The translations under genes and the position numbers were made by a program. A stretch of DNA of 63,950 nucleotides, counting the filler, from an uncultured Methanospirillum sp. (GTDB taxonomy: Archaea; Halobacteriota; Methanomicrobia; Methanomicrobiales; Methanospirillaceae): the NCBI GenBank assembly GCA_964637135.1. It is 6 parts of 6 records of this genome, joined end to end, with 100 filler letters (N's around TTAATTAATTAA, not from the genome) between each part and the next. Parts side by side here need not be neighbours in the genome. Positions count along the whole stretch, not along the records: positions 28,424 to 40,693 come from CAZWTX010000046.1; 5 more parts are not named here. One strand, written 5' to 3'. How positions within the stretch are numbered: the stretch's first letter is position 1; every line of letters starts with the position of its first letter. This document shows positions 29,865 through 39,736 of this stretch, in pieces. The notes beneath the pieces were generated by a model. That model made no database searches. It saw only the letters and a program-made list of their open reading frames with translations, and was not told the DNA's origin.

Positions 29865-30602
29865 TCAGGACACCTGGTTGCAGCGGAGGCACTCGTTGTA
29901 CCCCTTATCCTTGACGAGTTTCAGGATCTCCCGGGGGTTTCCGTGGCACCTGAAGAGACCGTTTATCATGACATGTCCCTTGTCGACGTCCAGGTAATCG
30001 AGAATGTACCCTGTGTGGGTGATGACCAGCCCGGAATTTTTCCGGTTCGCAAACCGGTGGTGTTTCTGGAGGAGTTGGGCGATTGATTCTCCCATCAGAT
30101 GGATATTCTCGAGATCGACACCGCTCTCCGGTTCGTCAAGCATGACAAACGAGGGTTTCTGAACCATCATCTGGAGGATCTCGCTCCGTTTGATCTCGCC
30201 GCCGGAGAATCCGAGGTTGATGTCCCTGCCGAGGAAATCCTCCATCTTCATCCTGTTGATCGCCGTTGCCTGTTCCTCCTCGGGAACATCCTGCGAGATG
30301 ACCTGGATCATCTTTCCAAGCTTGAGGCCGGGGATCGATGGCGGCCGCTGGAACATGATTCCCATTCCCATCCTGGCCCGTTCATGAACAGGAAGACTGG
30401 TCACATCAGTTCCGTTAAAGACGATTTTTCCTTTTGTCACCTTGTATGCATCAAAGCCCATGAGGGCCATGAGCAGGGTAGACTTCCCCGAGCCGTTCGG
30501 GCCCATCAGGACGTGGGTTTCGCCTGGCTCTATATGAAGGCTGATGCCGTGGAGGATCTCTTTTCCGCCAACTTCCACGTGGAGATCTGTTATCTCGAGC
30601 AT
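29865..30602 (-). CDS. sufC: Fe-S cluster assembly ABC ATPase SufC/SmsC
   Basis: GPNGSGKS, FQRP, FSGGEIKR, LDEPESGVD, ITHTGYIL, C-terminal CxxC. Confidence 0.92.
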   Translation of the reverse strand: MLEITDLHVEVGGKEILHGISLHIEPGETHVLMGPNGSGKSTLLMALMGFDAYKVTKGKIVFNGTDVTSLPVHERARMGMGIMFQRPPSIPGLKLGKMIQVISQDVPEEEQATAINRMKMEDFLGRDINLGFSGGEIKRSEILQMMVQKPSFVMLDEPESGVDLENIHLMGESIAQLLQKHHRFANRKNSGLVITHTGYILDYLDVDKGHVMINGLFRCHGNPREILKLVKDKGYNECLRCNQVS

Positions 30603-30660
30603 TTCGATGGTACTGATCTACGCTCCCTGGGTTTTAGTCATTAGGGTTTGACCGGCCGGT

Positions 30661-31065
30661 TCAGAGCAGTTTCTTCCCGGCGTCGGCACCCGGCATGCAC
30701 TCGAAGACGTCTGTTATCTTCAGGATCAGGAGGGATTTTGCCGAAAGGTTCGGTTTCTTCTCATGGATCATGGCCTTCATCCTGGCATGCTCCGGCCCAT
30801 CGGTCTTCACGGTGATATCCCCCTTTACCTGGAAACATCCCTTCGCTCCCGGTCCGTAAATGTAGAGCGCTGCTTTTGGGTTTTCCTGGACGTTTTTCAG
30901 GCTTTTAAGCATAAAATTGTCGCCGATCCAGATCGTCTCATCATCGATCAGGAACACCGAACCCATCGGTGCCACATTCGGGACGCCGCTCTTTGAGGCA
31001 GTTGCGAGCGGAAATGTCTTCACCTGGGAAAACGCGTCTTTCATCTCTGGTGTCAGTGCTACCAT
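30661..31065 (-). CDS. Pyridoxamine 5'-phosphate oxidase-like flavin-binding protein
   Basis: LATASKSGVPNVAP, DNFMLKSLKNVQENP, FQVKG, PGADAGK. Confidence 0.88.
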   Translation of the reverse strand: MVALTPEMKDAFSQVKTFPLATASKSGVPNVAPMGSVFLIDDETIWIGDNFMLKSLKNVQENPKAALYIYGPGAKGCFQVKGDITVKTDGPEHARMKAMIHEKKPNLSAKSLLILKITDVFECMPGADAGKKLL

Positions 31066-31251
31066 GCTATTGGATAGAGCATCCGATCTCTTATACTGCT
31101 CGGCATGTCTCCGCCGGTGATATGCGGGTGGTCAGGCACCTGGCAGCGGGGTTTACATCCCGTCATTGCGAATAGAGTACCTATAACCGGTCACATAACC
31201 CGGAACCTGCCGGTATCAGCGCAGTATACCGGGTTTTTTCGACGTGAGAGC

Positions 31252-32661
31252 ATGACATCCCATTACCTGTCCCGGGCCGAATATATCCCCGTTCTTCTTC
31301 TCCTCGCCGGCGTGGTAGTGCTTGTCATGACCGGGGAGGCGATCCTGACCGCCGGGCTTCCCGCGATAGAGCATGAATTTCCCGTGACCGGGGTGTTCGA
31401 GTACTGGATCCTCCCGGTGGTCATGCTCATCGGGGCAGCGGCATCTCCCCTTGTCGGGATCGCCGGCGATACATATGGCCATAAACGCCTCCTCACGGTC
31501 TGTCTGGTGCTCTACCTCGCTGGCCTTGCCGGTGGGCTGCTTGCCAGTGATATCTGGACGCTCCTCCTCTCCCGGGCACTCCAGGGAGGCGGCATTGCTG
31601 CCATACCGCTGACGTATGCGGTCATCAGGGAACAGTTCCCTCTCCAGGCAGCCGACACGGCCATCGGGGTCATCAGTGCCATGTACGGCGGAGGTACATT
31701 CATCGGGGTCATCGTTGGTTCACTCATCACCGAATACTTCTCCTGGAGGGCGACGTACTTCCTCCTCATCCCGGTGACGATGCTCATTCTCCTCCTCGTA
31801 CATGTGGTGGTCAGGGAGACCACCCGGTACCGGAAGGAATGCCCTCCTGATGTCACCGGGTTTGTCCTCCTGGTCGGATCCCTCCTTTCCGGGCTGTCTG
31901 CCCTTACCCTCCTTGAACCGGATAGCGATTCAGGCTGGAGTGTCCTCATCTTCCTTGCGGTTGCCATCCTGTTTTTTCTCCTCTTTGTCAGGGTGGAACG
32001 TCGTGCAGCGTGTCCTATCGCTGACTTCAGCCTGATGACGCAGCGGCCGGTGGTGATCCTGTTCCTGATCGGGTTCCTCACTATCCTCGCATTTTTCATG
32101 CTGCTCCAGATGATGCCATACCTGATCCAGATGCCGACTGGTCTCTCGCTGAGTGAGGGGTACATCGCCCTCATCATGATCCCGGGGACCTTCTGTGACA
32201 TGATCGCCGGGCCGGTGACCGGCCGGATGATGATCCGGACCGGGGTGCGCCTTCCCTGCATGATCGGCGGGCTGCTCCTTGCCTTTCCTGTCGCGCTCCT
32301 CCTCATCTTCCCCCCGTCGGTTCTCCTCCTCGTTCTCGTCTGGATGATCTTCTCTGCCGGTATGTCCACTGCCGCAACGGCACAACTGATCGGGGCGATG
32401 CAGATCGTGGCCGGGGGGAGAACCGCCGAGACCACCGGGCTGATGCAGTCAGTCCAGACGTTCGGCGGCATGATCGGCCCGGTTATTACCGGGCTTTTCC
32501 TGACCGGGTCAGGGGTTGCGATGCTCCATGACGGCGAGACCTGGATGGTCCCCTCGGCAGGCGGGTATTTCCTCGTCTCGCTCGGGATTTTCATCCTCGG
32601 GCTCCTCGTATTCGGACTCTCCTGGTTGTTTCTCGGGAACCGTGGAGGGGTGATCCGATGA
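31252..32661 (+). CDS. MFS transporter (DHA2-like, ~14 TM)
   Basis: G..GDTYGHKR motif A, RALQG, WRATY; ATG 31252 preferred. Confidence 0.9.
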   Translation: MTSHYLSRAEYIPVLLLLAGVVVLVMTGEAILTAGLPAIEHEFPVTGVFEYWILPVVMLIGAAASPLVGIAGDTYGHKRLLTVCLVLYLAGLAGGLLASDIWTLLLSRALQGGGIAAIPLTYAVIREQFPLQAADTAIGVISAMYGGGTFIGVIVGSLITEYFSWRATYFLLIPVTMLILLLVHVVVRETTRYRKECPPDVTGFVLLVGSLLSGLSALTLLEPDSDSGWSVLIFLAVAILFFLLFVRVERRAACPIADFSLMTQRPVVILFLIGFLTILAFFMLLQMMPYLIQMPTGLSLSEGYIALIMIPGTFCDMIAGPVTGRMMIRTGVRLPCMIGGLLLAFPVALLLIFPPSVLLLVLVWMIFSAGMSTAATAQLIGAMQIVAGGRTAETTGLMQSVQTFGGMIGPVITGLFLTGSGVAMLHDGETWMVPSAGGYFLVSLGIFILGLLVFGLSWLFLGNRGGVIR

Positions 32662-32867
32662 CCGGAACCGGTGATGCACCACGGCTCCTCTGCCCGTTCG
32701 ACAAAAAACCCTGTATTGAGAAGAGATGTGCGGTCTGGTCGGCACGATATGACTGCTGTTCATTTGCCATTCCCGGACGATCCGGGGGAGAGTCGCGGGA
32801 CCAGCCCCGTCCGGCAGACCGGCAGGAGAGCGGGGGATCCGGGTACCGGGTTCACCTCTTTGACTGA
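32658..32867 (+). CDS. Small Cys-rich hypothetical protein
   Basis: ATGA overlap with the MFS stop; CPF...PC....C..W.....CCSF. Confidence 0.65.
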   Translation: MTGTGDAPRLLCPFDKKPCIEKRCAVWSARYDCCSFAIPGRSGGESRDQPRPADRQESGGSGYRVHLFD

Positions 32868-32878
32868 TCAGGATGAAA

Positions 32879-34318
32879 TCAGGACGGGATCTCCTCGACC
32901 TTGAGGGTGTTTGTCCGTCCCTGTTGTCCCTCAAAATTACCGGCGATGATGACAAGCTGATCACCCGGACTGGCGAGACCGGTTGCCTTGCCAAGCCGTA
33001 TTGCGGCAGCGAAGAGATCGTCGGCAGACCTGACCGGCTCCTGGAGACAGGGGAAGATTCCCCAGGAGAGGAGCAGATGGCGTGCCACCCGTTCATCGGC
33101 GGTGATGGCGAGGATCGGGGTGTATGGCCGGCAGCGGGAGACCCGTTCAGCCGTGAGTCCTGACCGGGTGTATGCGACAATGGCCCGGCACGCCATCCCG
33201 TCGGCGATGGATGCGGCACTGTAACTGATGTACCCCTCGGTATTCATTTCGTGCCACCCTCTCCTCTCTTCGAGCATGGCCTTGTATGGCAGGTGCCGTT
33301 CGGTCTCGATGGCTACCCGTGCCATCATGGCCACCGATGCAGCCGGGTTCGACCCGACTGAGGTCTCTGCCGAGAGCATCGTCGCATCGGTCCCGTCGGT
33401 AATGGCATTGGCGACATCGGTGACCTCGGCACGGGTCGGGCGGGAATGGGTGATCATCGATTCCAGCATCTCGGTTGCCGTGATAACAGGTTTTCCGGCC
33501 TGGTTACAGGTCCGGATGATCTGCTTCTGTACCTGGGGTACCTCCTCGATGGGCAGCTCGACCCCGAGGTCACCACGTGCCACCATGATAGCATCGGCCT
33601 CGTTCAGGATCTCGTCGAGTCGGTCGACGGCCTGTCTGGTCTCTATCTTGGCAATCAGCGGAATGGCCGGCTCCTGCAGGATCTCCCGGACATCGGCCAC
33701 GTCCCGGCCGGATCCGACAAACGAAAGGGCGATGAAATCAGGCTGGAGGGAACGGGCGATCCCGATGTATTGCACGAGTTCAGGCCCGGTATACGGGATA
33801 TCCGGTCTTCGTCCCGGGATCACGACACCGGCACCGATCCGGATCGTCCCGCCGCCGGTGACCACGGCATGGATAACGGTATCAGCCCGGGTGATCCTGA
33901 GTGTCGCCGCCCCGTCGGCGATGAGTACCTGGTCTCCGGGAACCGTTGCCGGGATGCAGGTGTCCGGTCCGATGATGATATCTGCCTCAGCCTGTCCGCT
34001 TCCCCCGAGGGTTATCGCCTGCCCGTCGCGGAGCAGGACGATTCCTCCCCGGATGGCACGGATGCGCAGTTTCGGCCCGGGAACATCGACCAGCACCCCG
34101 ATCTGGATCCGCTCCTCCCGGGATATGCTCCTGACAAGGCGGACGGTCTCCTCGTGCTGGGCAACGGTTCCGTGCGAGAGGTTCAGCCTGAAGATGTCTG
34201 TTCCGGCGAGGATCAGGTTCCGGATCTGGTCCGGGGTCTGGGACGCCGGGCCGAGGGTTGCGATGATCCGGGTCCGGCGCAGGCCGGCAGGAAGCATGGT
34301 CTTCTGTCCGGGGAGCAT
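32879..34318 (-). CDS. pyk: Pyruvate kinase
   Basis: TRIIATLGPAS, RLNLSHG, IAKIE, MVARGDLGVE, RPTRAEVTDVANA; start 34318 or 34297. Confidence 0.96.
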   Translation of the reverse strand: MLPGQKTMLPAGLRRTRIIATLGPASQTPDQIRNLILAGTDIFRLNLSHGTVAQHEETVRLVRSISREERIQIGVLVDVPGPKLRIRAIRGGIVLLRDGQAITLGGSGQAEADIIIGPDTCIPATVPGDQVLIADGAATLRITRADTVIHAVVTGGGTIRIGAGVVIPGRRPDIPYTGPELVQYIGIARSLQPDFIALSFVGSGRDVADVREILQEPAIPLIAKIETRQAVDRLDEILNEADAIMVARGDLGVELPIEEVPQVQKQIIRTCNQAGKPVITATEMLESMITHSRPTRAEVTDVANAITDGTDATMLSAETSVGSNPAASVAMMARVAIETERHLPYKAMLEERRGWHEMNTEGYISYSAASIADGMACRAIVAYTRSGLTAERVSRCRPYTPILAITADERVARHLLLSWGIFPCLQEPVRSADDLFAAAIRLGKATGLASPGDQLVIIAGNFEGQQGRTNTLKVEEIPS

Positions 34319-34415
34319 GGTATACCTGTTGTAGATTCCTCCCTCTCCGGATAAGGGGCTTTCCGATCCTGTTGCGATCTGATTATGAGCATCGGCATGC
34401 AATATTTCAGACCAT

Positions 34416-35057
34416 ATGGATGATGCCGGCCGTGAGGATGTTCTACTGGCTGTTTACCGGTATATCGAACGATTCTCGAAGGATCCCGACATGGCGGCAC
34501 TCTCCGATCTTCCCGGACTGGAACCATCGCAGATTGCAGAAGGAGTAGCCAGTCTCGTCGCGTCCGGTGACCTGCACCGTTCTGCTGACGGGACCGTCTC
34601 CCTCACCCCGGCCGGAACTGTGACGGCCGAGATGATCCTCCGGCGTCACCGCACCCTCGAAACGTTTTTCCAGGAGATGCTCGGGATGGATCATCCGTCT
34701 GCCCATGCACAGGCCTGTACCATGGAGCACCATGCCTCAGAGGAGACGATAAACCGGCTTCGTTCGTTCATTCGTGACTGTCCCCCTTGTCACCAGGGAC
34801 GAACCCGGAATCACTGCCGGGGAAATATGCAGACCCTTGCCGACGATGCAGAAGGAGCCTGTGTGATAGTCGAGGCGATCCGGGGATGCGGCCGGGCGGC
34901 CCGGCTTGCCGATCTTGGAATCCTTCCCGGCGAGGAGATAGTTGTCAGGCAGAAACTGGCCCATACCCTCATCGTCCAGGTCAAGGGGTGCGATATTGCG
35001 ATCAGTGAGGAGATTGCCCGATCCATCATCACCGGTGAACCATGCAGATTGCGCTGA
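34416..35057 (+). CDS. DtxR/MntR-family metal-dependent regulator with C-terminal FeoA domain
   Basis: LRRHRTLETF, ACTMEH, RLADLGILPG. Confidence 0.9.
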   Translation: MDDAGREDVLLAVYRYIERFSKDPDMAALSDLPGLEPSQIAEGVASLVASGDLHRSADGTVSLTPAGTVTAEMILRRHRTLETFFQEMLGMDHPSAHAQACTMEHHASEETINRLRSFIRDCPPCHQGRTRNHCRGNMQTLADDAEGACVIVEAIRGCGRAARLADLGILPGEEIVVRQKLAHTLIVQVKGCDIAISEEIARSIITGEPCRLR

Positions 35058-36895
35058 TCGGAAACCCCAACGTCGGTAAATCCCTCATATTTACCCACCT
35101 GACCGGGCTCGGGGTCGAGGTCAGCAACTTCCCCGGCACAACGGTGGATATTAAGAGCGGGCTCGTCTGTCACCGGTCAGATCGGCTTTCCGTTACTGAC
35201 CTGCCCGGGATATACTCACTCGACGGGGAGAGCCCTGAAGAGGAGATGGTCAGAGAGACGATCCTTTCAAACGCGTACGATGCCTATATGGTCGTGGTTG
35301 ATGCCGGCCATCTTGAACGCAACCTCTACCTCCTCGGCCAGGTGATCGAGTCCGGTGTTCCGGTTCTCGTGGTCCTGAACATGATCGACGAGGCCGAACG
35401 CCGGGGTATCGTCATCGATGACCGTCTTCTCGCTGCAGAACTCGGTGCCCCGGTCGTCGTCACATCAGCGGTGCTCGGCCGGAACATGGACCAGATCATC
35501 CCCGGAGCCCTCCGGGCAACCGCCGGCACCGCCACCGTTCCTTATGACCGCCATATTGAGGCGGCCATCCGCTCGCTCACCCGGCTCGGCGGACTCACCC
35601 GTCCTGCAGCCCTCCTTGCCCTCCAGGGCCGTGCGGAAGACCCTGATACCCGCGAGATGGCAGCCACCATCGCAAAAGAGATCGAAGATGAACACCAGAT
35701 GTCGGTCAGGCAGATCATCGCGGCCAACCGGCACCATGCCGCCGCCCGCCTGGCAGGAGCGGTCTCATCGCTTCATGCGGTCCCGGCCACCGATATCGAC
35801 CGGTACCTGACACGGGCGTTTCCCGGTCTTCCCCTCATGATCCTGGTCCTCCTCGCGATGCTGATCAGTGTTTTTTTTATCGGGTCGTTCCTCGAGGAAC
35901 TCGTAGTCGGGTTCTTTGATACGCTCTTCATCTCCCCGGTCAGGGAAGCAGTTACCGATCCGCTCCTCCAGGAGATCCTCCTCTCACTGCTCATCGCCAT
36001 CCAGGCAGGCCTCGGGATCGCGTTTCCGTTCATCCTGACGTTTTACATCATCATCTCGATCATCGAGGATACCGGATACCTGACGAGGATCGCCTTTCTT
36101 TCAGACCGGATCATGCACCGGTTCGGGCTGCATGGCCAGGCAATCATCCCGCTCGTGCTCGGATTCGGCTGCAATGTCCCGGCAATCATGGGGATCCGCC
36201 AGCTTGGCACGAAGCGGGAGCGGACGATTGCCGCCTACCTGATTACCATGGTTCCCTGTTCTGCCCGGACGGTGATCATCGCCGGGATCGTCGCTGCGTT
36301 CATCGGCATCACCTGGGCGCTCTCGATATACCTGATCGTCATCTTCGTTGTGATCATCACCGGGGCTTTACTTGCGAGGATCGCTCCGGGAACCCAGCTC
36401 GGGATGGTGCTCGAGGTTCCGCCGCTCCGTGTTCCACGGGCAAAACAGGTGTTCATCAAGTCCTGGATCCATATCAAGGAGTTTCTCGTCATCGCGATGC
36501 CGCTTCTCATGGTCAGCAGCGTTTTCCTTGGCCTGCTCGGATTTTACGGGATCACGACTATCTTTGAGAACCTCGTCGGCCCGGCCCTTGAGACCGTCCT
36601 CGGTCTTCCTTCCTTCTCCTCGACTGCTCTCCTGTTCGGGATTCTCAGAAAAGAGATGGCGTTTGAGACCCTTATCGTCCTTGCCGGAACCGCAAACCTC
36701 CCGCTCGTGATGACAAAGGTCCAACTCTATGTTTTTGCCCTCGTGAGCACCCTCTTTGTCCCCTGTATCTCGACCATCGCCGTGATCTCACGGGAACTCG
36801 GGTGGAAGACGGCCGGGATGATATCGCTGTATACCGTGGTTACCGGGATTGTCTGCGGGGCGATTGTACACGGTATCGCCCCGTATTTCCTCTGA
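35042..36895 (+). CDS. feoB: Ferrous iron transporter B
   Basis: GNPNVGKS, FPGTT, DLPG, NMID, GFGCNVPA, PCSAR, PC..T. Confidence 0.96.
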   Translation: MQIALIGNPNVGKSLIFTHLTGLGVEVSNFPGTTVDIKSGLVCHRSDRLSVTDLPGIYSLDGESPEEEMVRETILSNAYDAYMVVVDAGHLERNLYLLGQVIESGVPVLVVLNMIDEAERRGIVIDDRLLAAELGAPVVVTSAVLGRNMDQIIPGALRATAGTATVPYDRHIEAAIRSLTRLGGLTRPAALLALQGRAEDPDTREMAATIAKEIEDEHQMSVRQIIAANRHHAAARLAGAVSSLHAVPATDIDRYLTRAFPGLPLMILVLLAMLISVFFIGSFLEELVVGFFDTLFISPVREAVTDPLLQEILLSLLIAIQAGLGIAFPFILTFYIIISIIEDTGYLTRIAFLSDRIMHRFGLHGQAIIPLVLGFGCNVPAIMGIRQLGTKRERTIAAYLITMVPCSARTVIIAGIVAAFIGITWALSIYLIVIFVVIITGALLARIAPGTQLGMVLEVPPLRVPRAKQVFIKSWIHIKEFLVIAMPLLMVSSVFLGLLGFYGITTIFENLVGPALETVLGLPSFSSTALLFGILRKEMAFETLIVLAGTANLPLVMTKVQLYVFALVSTLFVPCISTIAVISRELGWKTAGMISLYTVVTGIVCGAIVHGIAPYFL

Positions 36896-36966
36896 ACACC
36901 GGTCTGACCCGGGAGTGGATCCCGTTTCGACCGGCAGGATCATATCGGACTGCGCTGAAGTAGGGT

Positions 36967-38385
36967 ATGGATATTCTCCCCTGTATCATCGGCGGCCGGG
37001 AGTGCCGGACTCCCTGGAGCATTCCGGTGATCGATCCCTGGACCGGAGGGCCGGCAGGCTACGTCTCGGCAGCCGGCCCTGCCGAGATGGAATCGGTACT
37101 GAAGACCGCCCGGATAGGGGCTGCCATGACCGCAGCCCTCCCGGCATACGAGCGTTCGGCCATCCTGTCCCGGTTTGCCTCCCTCATCGGAGACCATGCC
37201 GGGGAGTTCGCCCGCATGATCACCGCGGAGGGGGGAAAACCGGCCCGGTACGCATCCGCCGAAGTGAGCCGGGCGATATCGACTATCCGGATTGCTGCAG
37301 GTGAAGCCCTTTCCATTGCAGGTGAGCAGATCCCCTGCGATCTGACGGCTGCCGGAACGGGGCGTATTGCGATAGCCAGGCGGGTTCCGGTCGGGGTAGT
37401 CCTCGCGATCACTCCGTTCAATTTCCCGGTAAACCTTGTCTGCCACAAACTCGGGCCGGCGGTGGCATCTGGAAATGCCCTCATTATCAGGCCGGCCTCA
37501 AAGACCCCGATGACGGCCCTCCTTCTCGGCAGGCTCCTCCTTGAAGCCGGGTTTCCGCCACAGGCCCTCTCGGTGGTTCCTTCTACTCCTGACAATGCCG
37601 AGATCCTGGTGCGGGATCGGCAGATCGGGATGCTCAGTTTTACCGGGAGCCCGGCGGTCGGCTGGTATCTTCGCTCGATCACCGGGGCCAGAAAGGTCTC
37701 ACTGGAACTTGGTGGGAATGCCGCCGTGATCATCGATGAAGGCGTTGATCCGGCCGTCATCGCTGAGAAGATCGTCGAAGGAGGGTTTTCCCATGCCGGC
37801 CAGGTCTGTATCTCGGTACAGCGGGTGTTCGTGCATACATCCCTGTACCAGACCATGGTCGACGAGATCGTTGCTGCAACCGGCCGGGTGGCCTTTGGAG
37901 ATCCGACTGACCCGGATGTCAGGTCCGGACCGCTCGTCTCTGATGCCGCTGCCGACCGGGTTATGGCATGGATCGGGGAGGCGGTCAGCGGGGGAGCGGT
38001 GATTGTCGCAGGCGGAACCCGCTCCGGCCGGGTCATCGCCCCGACCGTGCTTCTCAATACCACCCCTACCATGCAGGTGAATGCCGATGAGGTGTTCGGC
38101 CCGGTGATCACCGTCACCGCGGTTGACTCCTGTGATGAGGCCATCCGTCTTGTGAATGACTCCCGGTTCGGACTTCAGGCCGGAATCTTTACCCGGGATC
38201 TTAAGCGGGCGTTCCATGCAGCAGAAACAATAACAGCCGGTGCAGTGATTATCAATGACATCCCGACGTTCCGGATGGACCATCTCCCATACGGCGGTGT
38301 AAAGGAGTCCGGAACCGGGCGGGAAGGTCCCCGGTATGCCATCGAAGAGATGACCGATATCAGGCTGGTGATCATCACTCCCTGA
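36967..38385 (+). CDS. Aldehyde dehydrogenase (lactaldehyde dehydrogenase/GAPN-like)
   Basis: ITPFNFP, FTGS, LELGGN, GQVCIS, EVFGP, PYGGVKESG. Confidence 0.93.
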   Translation: MDILPCIIGGRECRTPWSIPVIDPWTGGPAGYVSAAGPAEMESVLKTARIGAAMTAALPAYERSAILSRFASLIGDHAGEFARMITAEGGKPARYASAEVSRAISTIRIAAGEALSIAGEQIPCDLTAAGTGRIAIARRVPVGVVLAITPFNFPVNLVCHKLGPAVASGNALIIRPASKTPMTALLLGRLLLEAGFPPQALSVVPSTPDNAEILVRDRQIGMLSFTGSPAVGWYLRSITGARKVSLELGGNAAVIIDEGVDPAVIAEKIVEGGFSHAGQVCISVQRVFVHTSLYQTMVDEIVAATGRVAFGDPTDPDVRSGPLVSDAAADRVMAWIGEAVSGGAVIVAGGTRSGRVIAPTVLLNTTPTMQVNADEVFGPVITVTAVDSCDEAIRLVNDSRFGLQAGIFTRDLKRAFHAAETITAGAVIINDIPTFRMDHLPYGGVKESGTGREGPRYAIEEMTDIRLVIITP

Positions 38386-38522
38386 CAGAGCAATCCCGTT
38401 CAATTTGATCACAGCACATAAATCCCCTCGTGGCGATATTCTCATAGGAAGGGTTAGATATCGGACGGCCGTATCGGGCAGAACAATGACGGCCTTGCAT
38501 TTATTGGGGGGATGCATATTCA

Positions 38523-39560
38523 ATGAAATTGGAAAAAGGGGGCATTACTGCAGCAGTTTTTGTAGGATCACTGGTGATCCTGCTCGCTGCGGCCTATATC
38601 TTTTCCGGGTTCAGACCAGGAACCCAGACGCTCATCGCAGTAGTATACTTTGCAATATGGATAACACTGCTCACGTTTCTCTGGTTCTCGGTTATCAGCC
38701 CGGCAATTGCTGAACTGCGAAAACGAAAGAAAACGGCAGCACCGGTTCAGGCAGAGCCGGATCTGCCAAAACCATCGCCACGGGCACATCTGCCCCTGCG
38801 TGAACGGATCCAGCAGTATGTCGCCGAACGACGGCGTGAAGACGGTCTGCCGGCACCTGAGCCGCTCCGGCCGTCGCGACCGGCAGGTACAACTGCCGCT
38901 GCGACAGCCAGAGCAGCAGCTCCAGCTGCTGCCGCGGGAACCGCTGTTGCCGCGGGGGCAGCCGATGAAGGAGAACTGCCGCTTCCGGACGACTTTGACA
39001 GCGGGTTAGGAGAAGGAGAAGGACTGCCCGGACTTGAGGGAGGAGATGAACTCCCCGGACTTGATGAAGAACCGGGGGCAGGCGAAGAACTGCCCGGTCT
39101 CCCTGACCTTGACGAAGACATGTCATTCGACGAGGCCGGTGTGGAGGATGGGGGAGTATCCGACGATCTCTCCGGTGATCTCTCAGGCGGGGACTTCGAC
39201 GATGAGATCTCCTTCGATGCCGGTGAGGCGGTGTCAGAACCGGTCGCTGACGATGGCGGCGGCGGTGGTCTCCCCGATTTCGACGGTGACCTAGACGCCG
39301 ATATGAGTGAATCTGATCTTTCCGGTGACGATGACTTTGACTCGTTCTCCGCGGATGACTCAGGCGACGATTTGATGGTTGAACCTGCACCGGCTGAGGA
39401 GACTGAAGAGATGCCTCCGGAGCCGTCCGGTGAGGATGACGGCGGTGGTCTCCCCGATTTCGACGGTGACCTTGATGCGGATATGAGTGAGTCCGATCTC
39501 TCTGGCGACGAAGATTTCGGCGATATCGAGTTTGAAGATCTCGAACCTGACGAGATCTGA
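38523..39560 (+). CDS. Two-TM membrane protein with long acidic repetitive tail
   Basis: Two N-terminal hydrophobic helices, basic linker, D/E-rich tail with LPxxD repeats. Confidence 0.8.
   Translation: MKLEKGGITAAVFVGSLVILLAAAYIFSGFRPGTQTLIAVVYFAIWITLLTFLWFSVISPAIAELRKRKKTAAPVQAEPDLPKPSPRAHLPLRERIQQYVAERRREDGLPAPEPLRPSRPAGTTAAATARAAAPAAAAGTAVAAGAADEGELPLPDDFDSGLGEGEGLPGLEGGDELPGLDEEPGAGEELPGLPDLDEDMSFDEAGVEDGGVSDDLSGDLSGGDFDDEISFDAGEAVSEPVADDGGGGGLPDFDGDLDADMSESDLSGDDDFDSFSADDSGDDLMVEPAPAEETEEMPPEPSGEDDGGGLPDFDGDLDADMSESDLSGDEDFGDIEFEDLEPDEI
39261..39518 (+). repeat. Intragenic direct repeat (~78 bp, offset 180 bp) encoding GGGLPDFDGDLDADMSESDLSGD[D/E]DF
   Basis: 39261-39338 vs 39441-39518; differences are nearly all at third codon positions. 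Confidence 0.9.
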
Positions 39561-39736
39561 TTCCGGTCGGAATACCGGAAACTCTTCTTTCTTCCCCCTC
39601 TAACCGAAATACCGCATACTGAAGACGGAGTGATCCCACGCAGCTGATAATCCCGAGAATACTTTCAATCCTGTTCTTCCTGATACTGCTGGCCGGTGTT
39701 ATTCCGGGTGGTACCGCAGCGTCCGGTCCTGACCCG

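Noticed and set aside
33228..34354. Long antisense ORFs over pyk (similar ones over the MFS, aldehyde dehydrogenase and acidic-protein genes)
   Set aside because: Shadow ORFs of GC-rich coding sequence with no recognisable motifs
39261..39518. Direct repeats as a CRISPR array
   Set aside because: Only two in-frame copies inside a CDS with synonymous variation; no CRISPR array or cas gene was seen in the window
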